The notes beneath the pieces were generated by a model, which saw nothing but the letters and a program-made list of their open reading frames with translations, did no database searches and was not told the origin of the DNA. This document shows positions 10,472 to 20,282 of a stretch of 32,000 nt of DNA, piece after piece. Within the stretch, counting starts at the first letter, position 1, and every line of letters begins with the position of its first letter. The translations under genes were made by a program, and so were the position numbers. The stretch lies in the sequence record CAXNAH020000227.1; one strand, 5' to 3'.

Positions 10472-11167
10472 ATGGCTAAAATTGAATTGGCTCAACTTTT
10501 AGATGCAGGTGTACATTTTGGACATAAAGCTCATCGATGGAATCCTAAAATGTTCCCTTATATTTATGCAGAACGTAATGGTATACATATTTTAGATTTA
10601 ATCCAAACAACTGAATTTTTAAAACGGGCTTGCGATTTTAGTAAAAGAGCTTCAGCGAAAAAACAAACATTTTTATTCGTAGGAACAAAGAAGCAAGCTG
10701 CTTCTTTAATTGCTCTTGAAGCACAAAAATGTGGTGCTTTTTATATAAATCATCGTTGGCTAGGTGGTATGTTAACAAATTGGGTAACGATAAAAAGTCG
10801 GATTGATCGCTTAAATGCCTTAGAAGAACAAGAAAAAATAAATTCTTTTAGTAATTTGCCTAAAAAAGAAGCAGCAAATTTAAAAAAGGAACTTGAAAAG
10901 CTTCAAAAATATTTTAATGGGGTGAAAGGAATGAAAAAAGTACCTGATATTTTAGTAATAATAGACCAAAAACGGGAAATTATTGCTATTAAAGAAGCAC
11001 TTTCTTTAGATATCCCAATAATATCAATTCTTGATACTAATTGTGACCCAGATCTAGCTACGATACCAATACCAGGTAATGATGACTCTATTAGATCTAT
11101 AAAATATATTATTCAAAATATAGCTGATAGCATTTGCTTAGGACAACAAAATTCTTTAAAAAATTAA
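10472..11167 (+). CDS. rps2: 30S ribosomal protein S2
   Basis: 231 aa with [26 protein letters not shown] and [12 protein letters not shown]. Confidence 0.95.
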   Translation: MAKIELAQLLDAGVHFGHKAHRWNPKMFPYIYAERNGIHILDLIQTTEFLKRACDFSKRASAKKQTFLFVGTKKQAASLIALEAQKCGAFYINHRWLGGMLTNWVTIKSRIDRLNALEEQEKINSFSNLPKKEAANLKKELEKLQKYFNGVKGMKKVPDILVIIDQKREIIAIKEALSLDIPIISILDTNCDPDLATIPIPGNDDSIRSIKYIIQNIADSICLGQQNSLKN

Positions 11168-11213
11168 ATTCGGACATTTACTAAAACATTAAAAGTAAGG
11201 ATAAAACATTATT

Positions 11214-11813
11214 ATGTTACATATTGATGCAGAAAGAGTTAGAGAATTAAGGCATAAAACAGGTGCAGGTATGATGAATTGTAAAAGGGCTCTATTAGAA
11301 TCAAATGGTAATTTTGAAGAAGCTATTAAAAGTTTACGGGAAAAAGGTCAAGCTTCTGCACACCAAAAAATAAACCGCAAAACTATTGAAGGAATTGTAA
11401 ATAGTTATATACATATAGGTGGAAAAATTGGTGTATTGATTGAAGTCAATTGTGAAACAGACTTTGTTGCACGTCGTGAAGAATTCCAAGAATTAGTTCA
11501 AAATATTGCAATGCAAATTGCGGCATCCCCTGATGTTCTTTATATTCAAAGTAGCGATATCCCAGAAGAAATTTTACTTAATGAAAAAAAAATTGAATTA
11601 GAAAAAGAGGATTTAATTAATAAACCTGATGAGATTAAAGAAAAAATTATTTTAGGAAGAGTTGAAAAAACACTAAAAAATTTAACTTTGCTTAATCAAC
11701 CATGTATCAGGGACGCTTCTATCACAGTGGATGAATTAATAAAAGAAAAAATTAGTCTTTTCGGTGAAAATATAAGAATAAAACGTTTTACTCGATATAC
11801 ATTAGGTAATTAA
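11214..11813 (+). CDS. tsf: Translation elongation factor Ts
   Basis: 199 aa with VRELRHKTGAGMMNCKRAL..SNGNFEEAI..LREKG and CETDFVARREEF. The rps2-tsf linkage is as in bacteria and red-lineage plastids. Confidence 0.9.
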   Translation: MLHIDAERVRELRHKTGAGMMNCKRALLESNGNFEEAIKSLREKGQASAHQKINRKTIEGIVNSYIHIGGKIGVLIEVNCETDFVARREEFQELVQNIAMQIAASPDVLYIQSSDIPEEILLNEKKIELEKEDLINKPDEIKEKIILGRVEKTLKNLTLLNQPCIRDASITVDELIKEKISLFGENIRIKRFTRYTLGN

Positions 11814-11933
11814 TAATTACATGATAAAAAAGTTTTTTTTTGTATTTATTTTCGTGCTTTAAAAATTTTAGACTATATTCATTTAAAGTCTAGGTTTCTT
11901 AGTATTCATCTGCATGCGGATTTTTGCATAGGG

Positions 11934-11942
11934 TGTTATAAT
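11934..11942 (+). promoter_or_regulatory. Candidate extended -10 promoter element (TGtTATAAT) upstream of the atp operon
   Basis: tgttataat at 11934-11942, 24 nt upstream of the atpI ATG. There is no convincing -35 box. In AT-rich DNA such matches arise by chance. Confidence 0.25.
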
Positions 11943-11965
11943 TTATCTCTTTACTATAATTAAAT

Positions 11966-12709
11966 ATGAATATTCTCCAAAGTACTAATATTATTAATTT
12001 AAACTCATTAATCTTTTTATCAGACATTGAAGTTGGAAAACATCTCTATTGGGAAGTGAACGATATCACTTTTCATGGTCAAGTAATCCTTGTTAGTTCA
12101 TTAGTAATATTACTAACACTTCTATTCTCATTCTTAGGGACTTCAAATAAAAATATAGTTCCTAATGGTTGGCAAAATTTTATGGAATCTGTTGTTGAAT
12201 TTGTTAAAGAGATTGCTGAAAATCAGCTTGGTAAGGAATATCGACCATGGTTACCATTTATTGGAACTTTATTTTTATTCGTATTTGGTTGCAACTGGGC
12301 AGGAGCTATAATTCCTTGGAAATTAATAAAACTTTCTGAAGGTGAATTTGGAGCCCCAACAAATGATATAAATACAACAGTAGCTTTAGCATTATTAACA
12401 TCATTTATGTATTTTTATGCCGGGTTAAGCACAAAAGGGTTTGGTTACTTTAAACGTTATATAGAACCTACACCCCTTTTATTACCAATTAATATACTAG
12501 AAGATTTTACAAAACCTCTTTCACTAAGTTTTCGTTTGTTTGGTAATATTTTAGCTGATGAATTAACAGTTTCTGTATTAGCTTTATTAGTTCCTTTAAT
12601 TGTACCATTACCGGTTATGTTATTAGGCGTATTTGCTAGTTCAGTACAAGCCTTAATTTTTTCAACTTTAGCTGGTGCGTATATTGCTGAAGCCGTTGAA
12701 GGACATTAA
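11966..12709 (+). CDS. atpI: ATP synthase CF0 subunit a (IV)
   Basis: 247 aa, multi-TM, ending [13 protein letters not shown]...AYIAEA, which is typical of subunit a. Confidence 0.95.
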   Translation: MNILQSTNIINLNSLIFLSDIEVGKHLYWEVNDITFHGQVILVSSLVILLTLLFSFLGTSNKNIVPNGWQNFMESVVEFVKEIAENQLGKEYRPWLPFIGTLFLFVFGCNWAGAIIPWKLIKLSEGEFGAPTNDINTTVALALLTSFMYFYAGLSTKGFGYFKRYIEPTPLLLPINILEDFTKPLSLSFRLFGNILADELTVSVLALLVPLIVPLPVMLLGVFASSVQALIFSTLAGAYIAEAVEGH

Positions 12710-12786
12710 TAATACTTAGATTAGTTTTATTTAATAAAAAAAGAATATATTAGAAATTTGTTAATTTTTTCTTATCTAACCTATGA

Positions 12787-13044
<258 letters not shown>

Positions 13045-13059
13045 TAATGTATAGAATTG

Positions 13060-13098
13060 TTGATAAAAAAGTTCTTGTGTTAAGACCTTTTTTATCAA
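13060..13098 (+). terminator. 3' stem-loop after atpH with a 12-bp perfect stem
   Basis: ttgataaaaaag (13060-13071) pairs with cttttttatcaa (13087-13098). It starts 16 nt after the atpH stop. Confidence 0.45.
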
Positions 13099-13168
13099 TA
13101 ATTCGATCACTAATTAATTTGTTATCCTTTCCCCAAAAAAATTTTATTTTTAACACTAAAACTAAAAA

Positions 13169-13642
13169 ATGTTTGATAACTATAACTCCATTTTAATAAT
13201 AGGTACGGAAAAAACTGGAGGATTATTTGATTTTGATGGAACACTACCAGTTATAGCATTACAATTTATAATTTTTATGTTTCTTTTAAATTTTATTTTG
13301 TATACACCTTTGTTAGATACTATTGATGAACGAAATCTTTATATTAGTAAAAGTTTATCTGAAGCTACACGTATATTAACAAAGTCAAATGAATTAAATT
13401 TAAAGTATGAAAAAAAGACATCTAAAGCGCGTAAAGCAGTTGCATTAGATTTATTAACTTATCAACAATTATACAAAGATATTTTAGAGGAAAAAATGAA
13501 ATCTTCAGAAGACTTTATTGACAAATTTTTGACGGAAACGACTAAAAATTTTGAAGAAAATAAGGAAAATATTTTAAAAAGTTTTGATACTGAAATAGAT
13601 TCTTTAAGTAACCAAATTATGAAAAAAATGATAAAATCATAA
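13169..13642 (+). CDS. atpG: ATP synthase CF0 subunit b' (II)
   Basis: 157 aa with GGLFDFDGTLPVIALQFIIFMFLLNFILYTPLLDTIDERN, the b' signature, then a charged coiled-coil tail. Its operon position is between atpH and atpF. Confidence 0.85.
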   Translation: MFDNYNSILIIGTEKTGGLFDFDGTLPVIALQFIIFMFLLNFILYTPLLDTIDERNLYISKSLSEATRILTKSNELNLKYEKKTSKARKAVALDLLTYQQLYKDILEEKMKSSEDFIDKFLTETTKNFEENKENILKSFDTEIDSLSNQIMKKMIKS

Positions 13643-13711
13643 TTAAAAATTTAAATTGATTTTTTTATGTTCACCAATGAAAATTTACATATATTAATTA
13701 ATTAATAATTT

Positions 13712-14221
13712 ATGAACAGTTATATACAGTACTTTGCATCAGTTTCATTAAATACAGATCTATTTGAAACAAATATTATAAATATAATTTTATTATTAGG
13801 AATATTATTTGTTGTAATAAAAAAATTTTTAACAGAAAACCTTACAGCACGTAAGGAAAAAATTGTACAAGGTATAGAGAATGCTGAAACACGTTTAGCA
13901 GATTCTAATAAACGCTATAACGAAGCTAAAAAACAATGGTCACAGATGGATATTATTATTAAAGAGATAACTCAGCAAATGGAAACAACAAAGCAAAATG
14001 TTTTAAAGCTGAAGTGGGATCAAGGAAAAGACGATCTATCTAAAAAATTCACAACAGCAATAGTAGTTCTTCGTAACCGTGAAAATAAAATTTTTAATGA
14101 TGTTACGAAAGAAGTTTCTAAAAAAGCGCTAAATCAAGTTATTCTTAAGCTTAAAAAGCAGTTAGGGAAAGTTGAACAATCCGCTATTGTGAATATGAAA
14201 ATAACGCAATTAGGAGAATAA
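13712..14221 (+). CDS. atpF: ATP synthase CF0 subunit b (I)
   Basis: 169 aa with a single N-terminal TM (LFETNIINIILLLGILFVVIKKFL) followed by a charged helix. Operon position supports the call. Confidence 0.85.
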   Translation: MNSYIQYFASVSLNTDLFETNIINIILLLGILFVVIKKFLTENLTARKEKIVQGIENAETRLADSNKRYNEAKKQWSQMDIIIKEITQQMETTKQNVLKLKWDQGKDDLSKKFTTAIVVLRNRENKIFNDVTKEVSKKALNQVILKLKKQLGKVEQSAIVNMKITQLGE

Positions 14222-14223
14222 AA

Positions 14224-14841
14224 ATGGCTAACACAATGTTTGGTTCAAAAATTGCAAATCCATATTCAGAAGCCTTATTACAATTAGGTTTAGATTTGTA
14301 CTTAAAAGAAGATAATGCTGATACCCAAGTTTTTTTTCAAATCATTTTTGATATGGAAAATTTGTTAACCATATTAAAAATAACTCCAACTTTAGAGAAG
14401 TATTTAGCTAATCCTTTAATTAAGGATAAGGATAAAAAAAATGTTTTAAATAAATGTTTAACAACAAAAACAAGTGCTACAACAAAAAATTTTTTGATGC
14501 TTTTAGTAGATAAAAAAAGAATAGGTTTTCTTCAAATCATTACACAAACTTTTTTAAATAAAGCTTATAATTTTGTTTGTCTTAAGTTTGTAGAGGTTTA
14601 TTCCGCATCATTATTAAGTAAAGACCAAAAAACACAATTAGTAGAAAAACTTAAAATCTTATTAGGTCCTGAGTTTACTACTTCTAAAGTTTATTATTCA
14701 AAAATTAATGTAACATTTAAGATAGATAAAGAACTTTTAGGTGGTTTTATTATTAAAGTGGATTCAAAAATTATTGATTTAAGTTTACGTGGAGAAATTG
14801 AAGGTTTAGCAAGACAAATGGAAATAAACTTATTAAGTTAA
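14224..14841 (+). CDS. atpD: ATP synthase CF1 delta subunit
   Basis: 205 aa starting 2 nt after the atpF stop. It has KIANPYSEALLQL at the N-terminus and GGFIIKVDSKIIDLSLRG near the C-terminus, as in OSCP/delta. Confidence 0.85.
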   Translation: MANTMFGSKIANPYSEALLQLGLDLYLKEDNADTQVFFQIIFDMENLLTILKITPTLEKYLANPLIKDKDKKNVLNKCLTTKTSATTKNFLMLLVDKKRIGFLQIITQTFLNKAYNFVCLKFVEVYSASLLSKDQKTQLVEKLKILLGPEFTTSKVYYSKINVTFKIDKELLGGFIIKVDSKIIDLSLRGEIEGLARQMEINLLS

Positions 14842-14980
14842 GTTATTATTTTGAAAAAATTTTAGTCATTTTGTTAAACCTTTAAATTCTAAGTCTTTTA
14901 ATTATAAATAATCTATTTTCATTTCCCCATATTTCTATAATTTAAAGTTTTTATCCAAGGAAGAATAAATTGAGTATATT

Positions 14981-16486
14981 ATGACAAATCCTAATGAAAT
15001 AAGTAATATTATTAGAAAACAAATAGAAGATTACAGCACTGATTTAAATATTGATATTATTGGAACTGTGCTTCAAGTAGGTGATGGTATTGCTCGTGTT
15101 TATGGATTAGATGAAGTAATGGCGGGGGAGCTATTAGAATTTGATGAAGGTACAGTAGGGATTGCATTAAATTTAGAGAATGATAATGTCGGGGCTGTAC
15201 TGATGGGGGATGGAAGAGAAATCCTGGAAGGAAGTACAGTAAAAGCGACTGGTAGAATTGCTCAGATCCCTGTGGGCGATAGTTTATTAGGTAGAGTACT
15301 AGACCCACTAGCTATTCCTATTGATGGTAAAGGTGAAGCACCATCAACTGAAAGTCGTCTTATTGAATCTATGGCTCCAGGTATTATTAGTAGAAAATCT
15401 GTTTGTGAACCTTTACAAACTGGGATCACTGCTATTGATGCTATGATTCCAATTGGAAGAGGTCAACGTGAATTAATTATTGGTGATAGACAAACTGGAA
15501 AAACATCTATTGCTTTAGATACTATTATTAATCAAAAAGGACAAGATGTTGTTTGTGTTTATGTTGCCATTGGTCAAAAAGCTTCTTCTGTTGCACAAGC
15601 TGTTACTAATCTTCAAGAAAAAGAAGCATTAGATTATACTGTTATCGTTGCTGCAAATGCTGATCAACCAGCTACATTACAATATATTGCTCCCTATACA
15701 GGTGCAGCCATTGCTGAATATTTCATGTACACAGGAAAGCATACTTTAGTTGTCTATGATGATTTATCAAAACAAGCTTCAGCTTACCGACAAATGTCTT
15801 TATTATTAAGACGTCCACCAGGAAGAGAAGCTTACCCTGGTGATGTTTTTTATTTACATTCACGTTTATTAGAACGTGCTGCAAAATTAAATGATGGCCT
15901 TGGTGGAGGTAGTATGACTGCACTACCAATTATTGAAACACAGGCAGGAGATGTTTCTGCATATATCCCTACGAATGTTATTTCAATTACTGATGGGCAA
16001 ATCTTTTTATCTGGTGATTTATTTAACTCAGGCTTACGCCCAGCTATAAATGTTGGTATTTCAGTATCTCGAGTAGGATCTGCAGCACAAATAAAAGCTA
16101 TGAAACAAGTGGCCGGTAAGTTAAAGTTAGAATTAGCTCAATTTGATGAGCTTGAAGCTTTTTCACAATTTGCTTCAGATTTAGATAAAGCAACACAAAA
16201 TCAATTAGCTAGAGGAAAACGATTAAGAGAAATTTTAAAACAAGCACAAAATTCACCTATCCCCGTAGCAGAACAAGTGGCTGTAATTTATATTGGGACA
16301 AATGGGTTTTTAGATGATTTAGAGGTTGAAGATATTCCTACGTTTATAATTAATCTTCGTGAATATTTAAGTAGTTCTAAACCTGAGTATTTAGAAATTG
16401 TTAACTCTTCAAAACAATTAACAACAGAAGCAGAAACTATTTTAAAAACAGCAATCTCTGATGTAAAAAAAACTTTTAAAGCATAA
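14981..16486 (+). CDS. atpA: ATP synthase CF1 alpha subunit
   Basis: 501 aa with Walker [51 protein letters not shown] and ITDGQIFL. Confidence 0.98.
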   Translation: MTNPNEISNIIRKQIEDYSTDLNIDIIGTVLQVGDGIARVYGLDEVMAGELLEFDEGTVGIALNLENDNVGAVLMGDGREILEGSTVKATGRIAQIPVGDSLLGRVLDPLAIPIDGKGEAPSTESRLIESMAPGIISRKSVCEPLQTGITAIDAMIPIGRGQRELIIGDRQTGKTSIALDTIINQKGQDVVCVYVAIGQKASSVAQAVTNLQEKEALDYTVIVAANADQPATLQYIAPYTGAAIAEYFMYTGKHTLVVYDDLSKQASAYRQMSLLLRRPPGREAYPGDVFYLHSRLLERAAKLNDGLGGGSMTALPIIETQAGDVSAYIPTNVISITDGQIFLSGDLFNSGLRPAINVGISVSRVGSAAQIKAMKQVAGKLKLELAQFDELEAFSQFASDLDKATQNQLARGKRLREILKQAQNSPIPVAEQVAVIYIGTNGFLDDLEVEDIPTFIINLREYLSSSKPEYLEIVNSSKQLTTEAETILKTAISDVKKTFKA

Positions 16487-16569
16487 ACTCAATATAAACC
16501 TAATGGCTTAATATTTATAAATATTAAGCCATTAGGCTTATATTGAGTTTATGCTTTAAAAGTTTTTTT
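16466..16569. repeat. 104-nt palindrome (52-nt arms, 1 mismatch, no spacer) overlapping the atpA 3' end
   Basis: Checked base by base around centre 16517/16518. All pairs are complementary except 16498(a)/16537(c). The left arm includes atpA codons and the stop (16466-16486). Confidence 0.9.
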
Positions 16570-16658
16570 ATCCTCTCATCTATTAAAAAGAATATTTTAA
16601 TCAAAGGCTTATAGCTTAAAAAAAGTATTTATATGTTACAATTATCTAAAATTATAAA

Positions 16659-16731
16659 GCCGGGATAGCTCAGTTGGTAGAGCAGTGGATTGAAGATCCT
16701 CGTGTCACCAGTTCAAATCTGGTTTCTGGCA
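16659..16731 (+). tRNA. trnF: tRNA-Phe (anticodon GAA)
   Basis: The 73-nt cloverleaf has acceptor gccggga/ttctggc (two G-U pairs), D arm gctc-agttggta-gagc, anticodon arm gtgga-ttgaaga-tcctc, and T arm accag-ttcaaat-ctggt. It is very close to the canonical plastid trnF. Confidence 0.9.
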
Positions 16732-16784
16732 ATTAAGTTTAATTGTGTTTGATAAACTTTTAATTGTAAAAAGTAGTTAAATTT

Positions 16785-17432
16785 ATGGGTAAAGTTTATG
16801 ATTGGTTTGAAGAAAGATTAGAAATTCAATCAATTGCGGATGATATTACAAGTAAATATGTTCCTCCGCATGTGAATATTTTTTATTGCTTTGGTGGAAT
16901 TGTGTTTACATGTTTCTTGGTTCAAGTTGCAACAGGGTTTGCAATGACATTTTATTATAGACCAAGTATTAGCGAAGCTTTTTCATCTGTTGAATATATT
17001 ATGACCGAAGTCAACTTTGGTTGGTTAATCCGTTCTATTCATCGTTGGTCTGCAAGTATGATGGTACTAATGTTAATTTTACATGTTTTTCGTGTCTATT
17101 TAACTGGAGGCTTTAAAAAACCTCGCGAATTAACATGGGTTACAGGAGTAACATTAGCTGTTACGACTGTCTCTTTCGGTGTAACTGGTTATTCTCTACC
17201 TTGGGATCAAGTAGGTTTCTGGGCTTGTAAAATTGTAACAGGTGTACCTGAAGCTGTTCCTGTTCTTGGTCCACCAATAGTACAACTTCTACGTGGTGGG
17301 GTAAGTGTAGGACAAAGTACTTTAACACGTTTTTATAGTGCACATACCTTTGTGTTACCACTAGTTGCAGCAGCTTTAATGATTACTCATTTCTTAATGA
17401 TAAGAAAGCAAGGGATTTCAGGACCATTATAA
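16785..17432 (+). CDS. petB: Cytochrome b6
   Basis: 215 aa, intron-less. [35 protein letters not shown] and [31 protein letters not shown]. Confidence 0.97.
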   Translation: MGKVYDWFEERLEIQSIADDITSKYVPPHVNIFYCFGGIVFTCFLVQVATGFAMTFYYRPSISEAFSSVEYIMTEVNFGWLIRSIHRWSASMMVLMLILHVFRVYLTGGFKKPRELTWVTGVTLAVTTVSFGVTGYSLPWDQVGFWACKIVTGVPEAVPVLGPPIVQLLRGGVSVGQSTLTRFYSAHTFVLPLVAAALMITHFLMIRKQGISGPL

Positions 17433-17512
17433 TAAGTAATAATTAAATATTAGATTAGATATTTAAAAATAAAATTTTAGTTTGTAATAATAAATATATA
17501 ACCGGAGATATT

Positions 17513-17995
17513 ATGTCTATCTTAAAAAAACCAGATCTAACAGATCCAAAATTACGTGCTAAATTAGCAAAAGGAATGGGTCATAATTACTATGGTGAAC
17601 CTGCTTGGCCAAACGATATTTTTTATATGTTCCCTATTTGCATCTTAGGGACGTTTGTATTAGTTATTGGACTTGCTGTAATGGAGCCTTCAGCTTTAGG
17701 TGAAAAGGCTAACCCATTTGCAACTCCTTTAGAGATTTTACCTGAATGGTACTTTTTCCCAACCTTTAATTTATTAAGAGTATTACCAAATAAATTATTA
17801 GGTGTTTTAGCAATGGCTGCTGTACCAGCAGGATTAATTACAGTACCATTTATAGAAAATGTTAATAAATTCCAAAACCCTTTTAGAAGACCGGTCGCTT
17901 CAACTGTTTTTTTAATTGGTACATTTGTTGCAATATGGTTAGGGATTGGGGCTTGTTTACCAATCAGCAAAGCAATAACTTTAGGGTTATTTTAA
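17513..17995 (+). CDS. petD: Cytochrome b6-f complex subunit IV
   Basis: 160 aa, intron-less. [31 protein letters not shown] and [23 protein letters not shown]. Confidence 0.97.
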   Translation: MSILKKPDLTDPKLRAKLAKGMGHNYYGEPAWPNDIFYMFPICILGTFVLVIGLAVMEPSALGEKANPFATPLEILPEWYFFPTFNLLRVLPNKLLGVLAMAAVPAGLITVPFIENVNKFQNPFRRPVASTVFLIGTFVAIWLGIGACLPISKAITLGLF

Positions 17996-18099
17996 TATTA
18001 GTCCTTTTTTTACTAATTAATACTATCGTATGATATAAAATAAAAAAGGAGAAGAAAGATATTAAATTTTTTCTATCTAACTACTCCCTTTTTTACTTA

Positions 18100-19122
18100 T
18101 TAAATAATTTCAAAAATCTCTTCGAAAACTTTTTTTACTTTATAACCTGAATCAATAGATTCTAAAGGGTCTTTTCTTAAACGATGGCGTAAGCATAACA
18201 CAATAATTTTTTCAATATCTTCTATTGTAATACTATCCTTACCTTGAAAAGCTGTATAGGCTTTGGCAGCTCTATTTGTAACTATATCTCCCCTTAAACC
18301 ATCAACATCTAACTCACTACAAACTTTTGAAATTTTTAATCTAAAATCATAAGGCATCTCAACCTTATCCAATAAATTTTGAGCAGAAATAATTTTTTTT
18401 TTTAGTGCTTCTTGTTGGTCTTTATATTTATCTACCCATGCATAGGGGTCTAAATCAAATAGAGTTCTTTCTTCTACAATTTTTACTCGTAAATCAGGGT
18501 CTTTAACAGTTCTTATTTCAGCATGCATTCCAAAACGATCAAGTAATTGAGGACGTAATTCTCCTTCTTCAGGATTACCTGAACCAACAAGTACAAATTG
18601 CGCCGGATGACGGATAGAGATGCCTTCTCTTTCAACTGTGTTCCAACCTGATGCTGCTGAATCTAATAAGATATCAACTAAATGATCATCTAAGAGATTA
18701 ACCTCATCAACGTATAAAATACCACGGTTTGCTTTAGCTAATAAACCTGGTTCAAAAGCTTTAACCCCTTCAGTTAAAGCTTTTTCAATATCAATTGTTC
18801 CACAAACTCGATCTTCAGTTGCACCTAGAGGTAAATCGACCATAGGGATTTTTATAAATTCTGTTTCAGGTTTTTCTAAGGTTTCATCAGTCGGGTGCCG
18901 ATTAAAAGGGTCATCTTTAATTACTTCGATTTCAGGTAATAAATCTGCAATAGCTCTGATAGTAGTTGATTTTCCAGTTCCGCGGTCTCCCATAATCATC
19001 ACACCACCAATTTTAGGATCTATGACATTTAATTCTAGGGCAAGTTTCATTTCTTCTTGTCCCACAATAGCAGTAAATGGGAATATTGGAGTAGTTTTGT
19101 CTTTTAAATTTTGTTTACTCAT
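18100..19122 (-). CDS. chlI: Mg-protoporphyrin IX chelatase subunit I
   Basis: 340 aa. [16 protein letters not shown], Walker [11 protein letters not shown], and [36 protein letters not shown]. Confidence 0.97.
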   Translation of the reverse strand: MSKQNLKDKTTPIFPFTAIVGQEEMKLALELNVIDPKIGGVMIMGDRGTGKSTTIRAIADLLPEIEVIKDDPFNRHPTDETLEKPETEFIKIPMVDLPLGATEDRVCGTIDIEKALTEGVKAFEPGLLAKANRGILYVDEVNLLDDHLVDILLDSAASGWNTVEREGISIRHPAQFVLVGSGNPEEGELRPQLLDRFGMHAEIRTVKDPDLRVKIVEERTLFDLDPYAWVDKYKDQQEALKKKIISAQNLLDKVEMPYDFRLKISKVCSELDVDGLRGDIVTNRAAKAYTAFQGKDSITIEDIEKIIVLCLRHRLRKDPLESIDSGYKVKKVFEEIFEII

Positions 19123-19195
19123 AAAATTATTATTAAATTAACTAAAATACTTATAACTTATCTATAATATTTTTATCAAAGGTTAGAATTTATAA

Positions 19196-19288
19196 TTATG
19201 AATATAAAGTCTTGCCTAAACGGAATGCTAATAATGCAGGTAAAATTGCGAAACTTAAAGCTATTAAAACTTCTGTGTTTGTTAACAT
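19196..19288 (-). CDS. psaM: Photosystem I subunit XII (PsaM)
   Basis: Not in the ORF track. Hand translation of the minus strand gives the 30-aa single-TM peptide MLTNTEVLIALSFAILPALLAFRLGKTLYS. Length and the ...L.AFRLG..LY pattern fit PsaM. Confidence 0.8.
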   Translation of the reverse strand: MLTNTEVLIALSFAILPALLAFRLGKTLYS

Positions 19289-19438
19289 ACTTGTAGTTAA
19301 TATTATTTAATTTTTCTAAAAATTTAAACTCTTATGATATAGTATACTATAATACTATTCTAATGTCATCAGAAAGAAGTTTAATATTTCTAATCTAATT
19401 AGTTTTTAAAATCATTTAAAAAATTTATATCATTATTA

Positions 19439-19969
19439 ATGAATTCTATATTTCCATTATTTTATTCTATTGCTTTATTTTTTTTTCTTTTTTTTATAAG
19501 TTTTTATATTTTAAAACAAATAATTAATACCCAAAAGTTAGAAAAAAAAATATTTTATTTACAGGAGCTTGTTAAAAAAGATGATCTTTACCATGAAGAT
19601 TGTTATCAATTAGGACAATTATATTTAAGAAAAAAACTTTTTTTAAAAGCTATTGTAGTATTTAGAAAGGCTTTAAAATTATGGGACCCTAATGATATAA
19701 TTGGGCTTGGTAACTTATATAATGCTATAGGGTTTACATTTTTTAATTTAGAAGAATATGATTATGCTATCTATTATTATAAAATAGCCGTACAAATTAT
19801 TCCAGATCATACATTAGCTTTAATAAATCTTGGGTATGCCTTTGAAAAAATTAATTCATTTGTAATAGGGTATAATTGTTATAGAGCTGCATTATTTTGG
19901 GATACCACTAACGATTTAGCTTCTACGCGTTTTTCATCAATTGAAAAAAAATTAAGGTATATTCTTTAA
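19439..19969 (+). CDS. ycf37: Ycf37-like TPR protein, a putative PSI assembly/stability factor
   Basis: 176 aa with an N-terminal TM (IFPLFYSIALFFFLFFISFYIL) and about three TPR-like repeats (YQLGQLYLRKKLFLKAIVVFRKALKL; NAIGFTFFNLEEYDYAIYYYKIAVQIIPDH; LINLGYAFEKI). It lies next to psaA/psaB. The assignment is by architecture and from memory, not by search. Confidence 0.65.
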   Translation: MNSIFPLFYSIALFFFLFFISFYILKQIINTQKLEKKIFYLQELVKKDDLYHEDCYQLGQLYLRKKLFLKAIVVFRKALKLWDPNDIIGLGNLYNAIGFTFFNLEEYDYAIYYYKIAVQIIPDHTLALINLGYAFEKINSFVIGYNCYRAALFWDTTNDLASTRFSSIEKKLRYIL

Positions 19970-20282
19970 AAGATTAAGCTTATAAATGAAAACTAAGCAA
20001 TGAAAGTTAATATTTGTATTTATATACTCATATTTTTAATAAAAAAAACTCAAAAATAAAACTGATTGAATAGAATATTATACAAATACTAAATTCTAAT
20101 ATTAGTCTGAGGTTTTGCTAAACATTTAGATTAATATGCAAATACAATTATTATATTGTTTCTTTTTTCTAAGAAATAGGTTATAATAATATAATGAAAA
20201 CTCAATTAGAAATAATAATTTATTTTTATTTCATGAGATTTGAGCGTTTCCTATCTTTATGTCTCCAGAGAGGAAAAGGTAA

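Noticed and set aside
15057-15929. Minus-strand ORFs 15057-15308 and 15723-15929 inside atpA
   Set aside because: They are antisense shadows of a highly conserved gene. The translated sequences are H/L/Q-rich and have no motifs.
17161-17970. Minus-strand ORFs 17161-17361 (in petB) and 17623-17970 (in petD)
   Set aside because: They are antisense to conserved cytochrome b6-f genes, with no recognisable motifs. I treat them as shadow ORFs.
19338-19351. 14-nt perfect palindrome tatagtatactata in the divergent psaM/ycf37 spacer, considered as a possible operator
   Set aside because: Short A/T palindromes are expected by chance in spacer this AT-rich. There is no second copy or other supporting context in the window.
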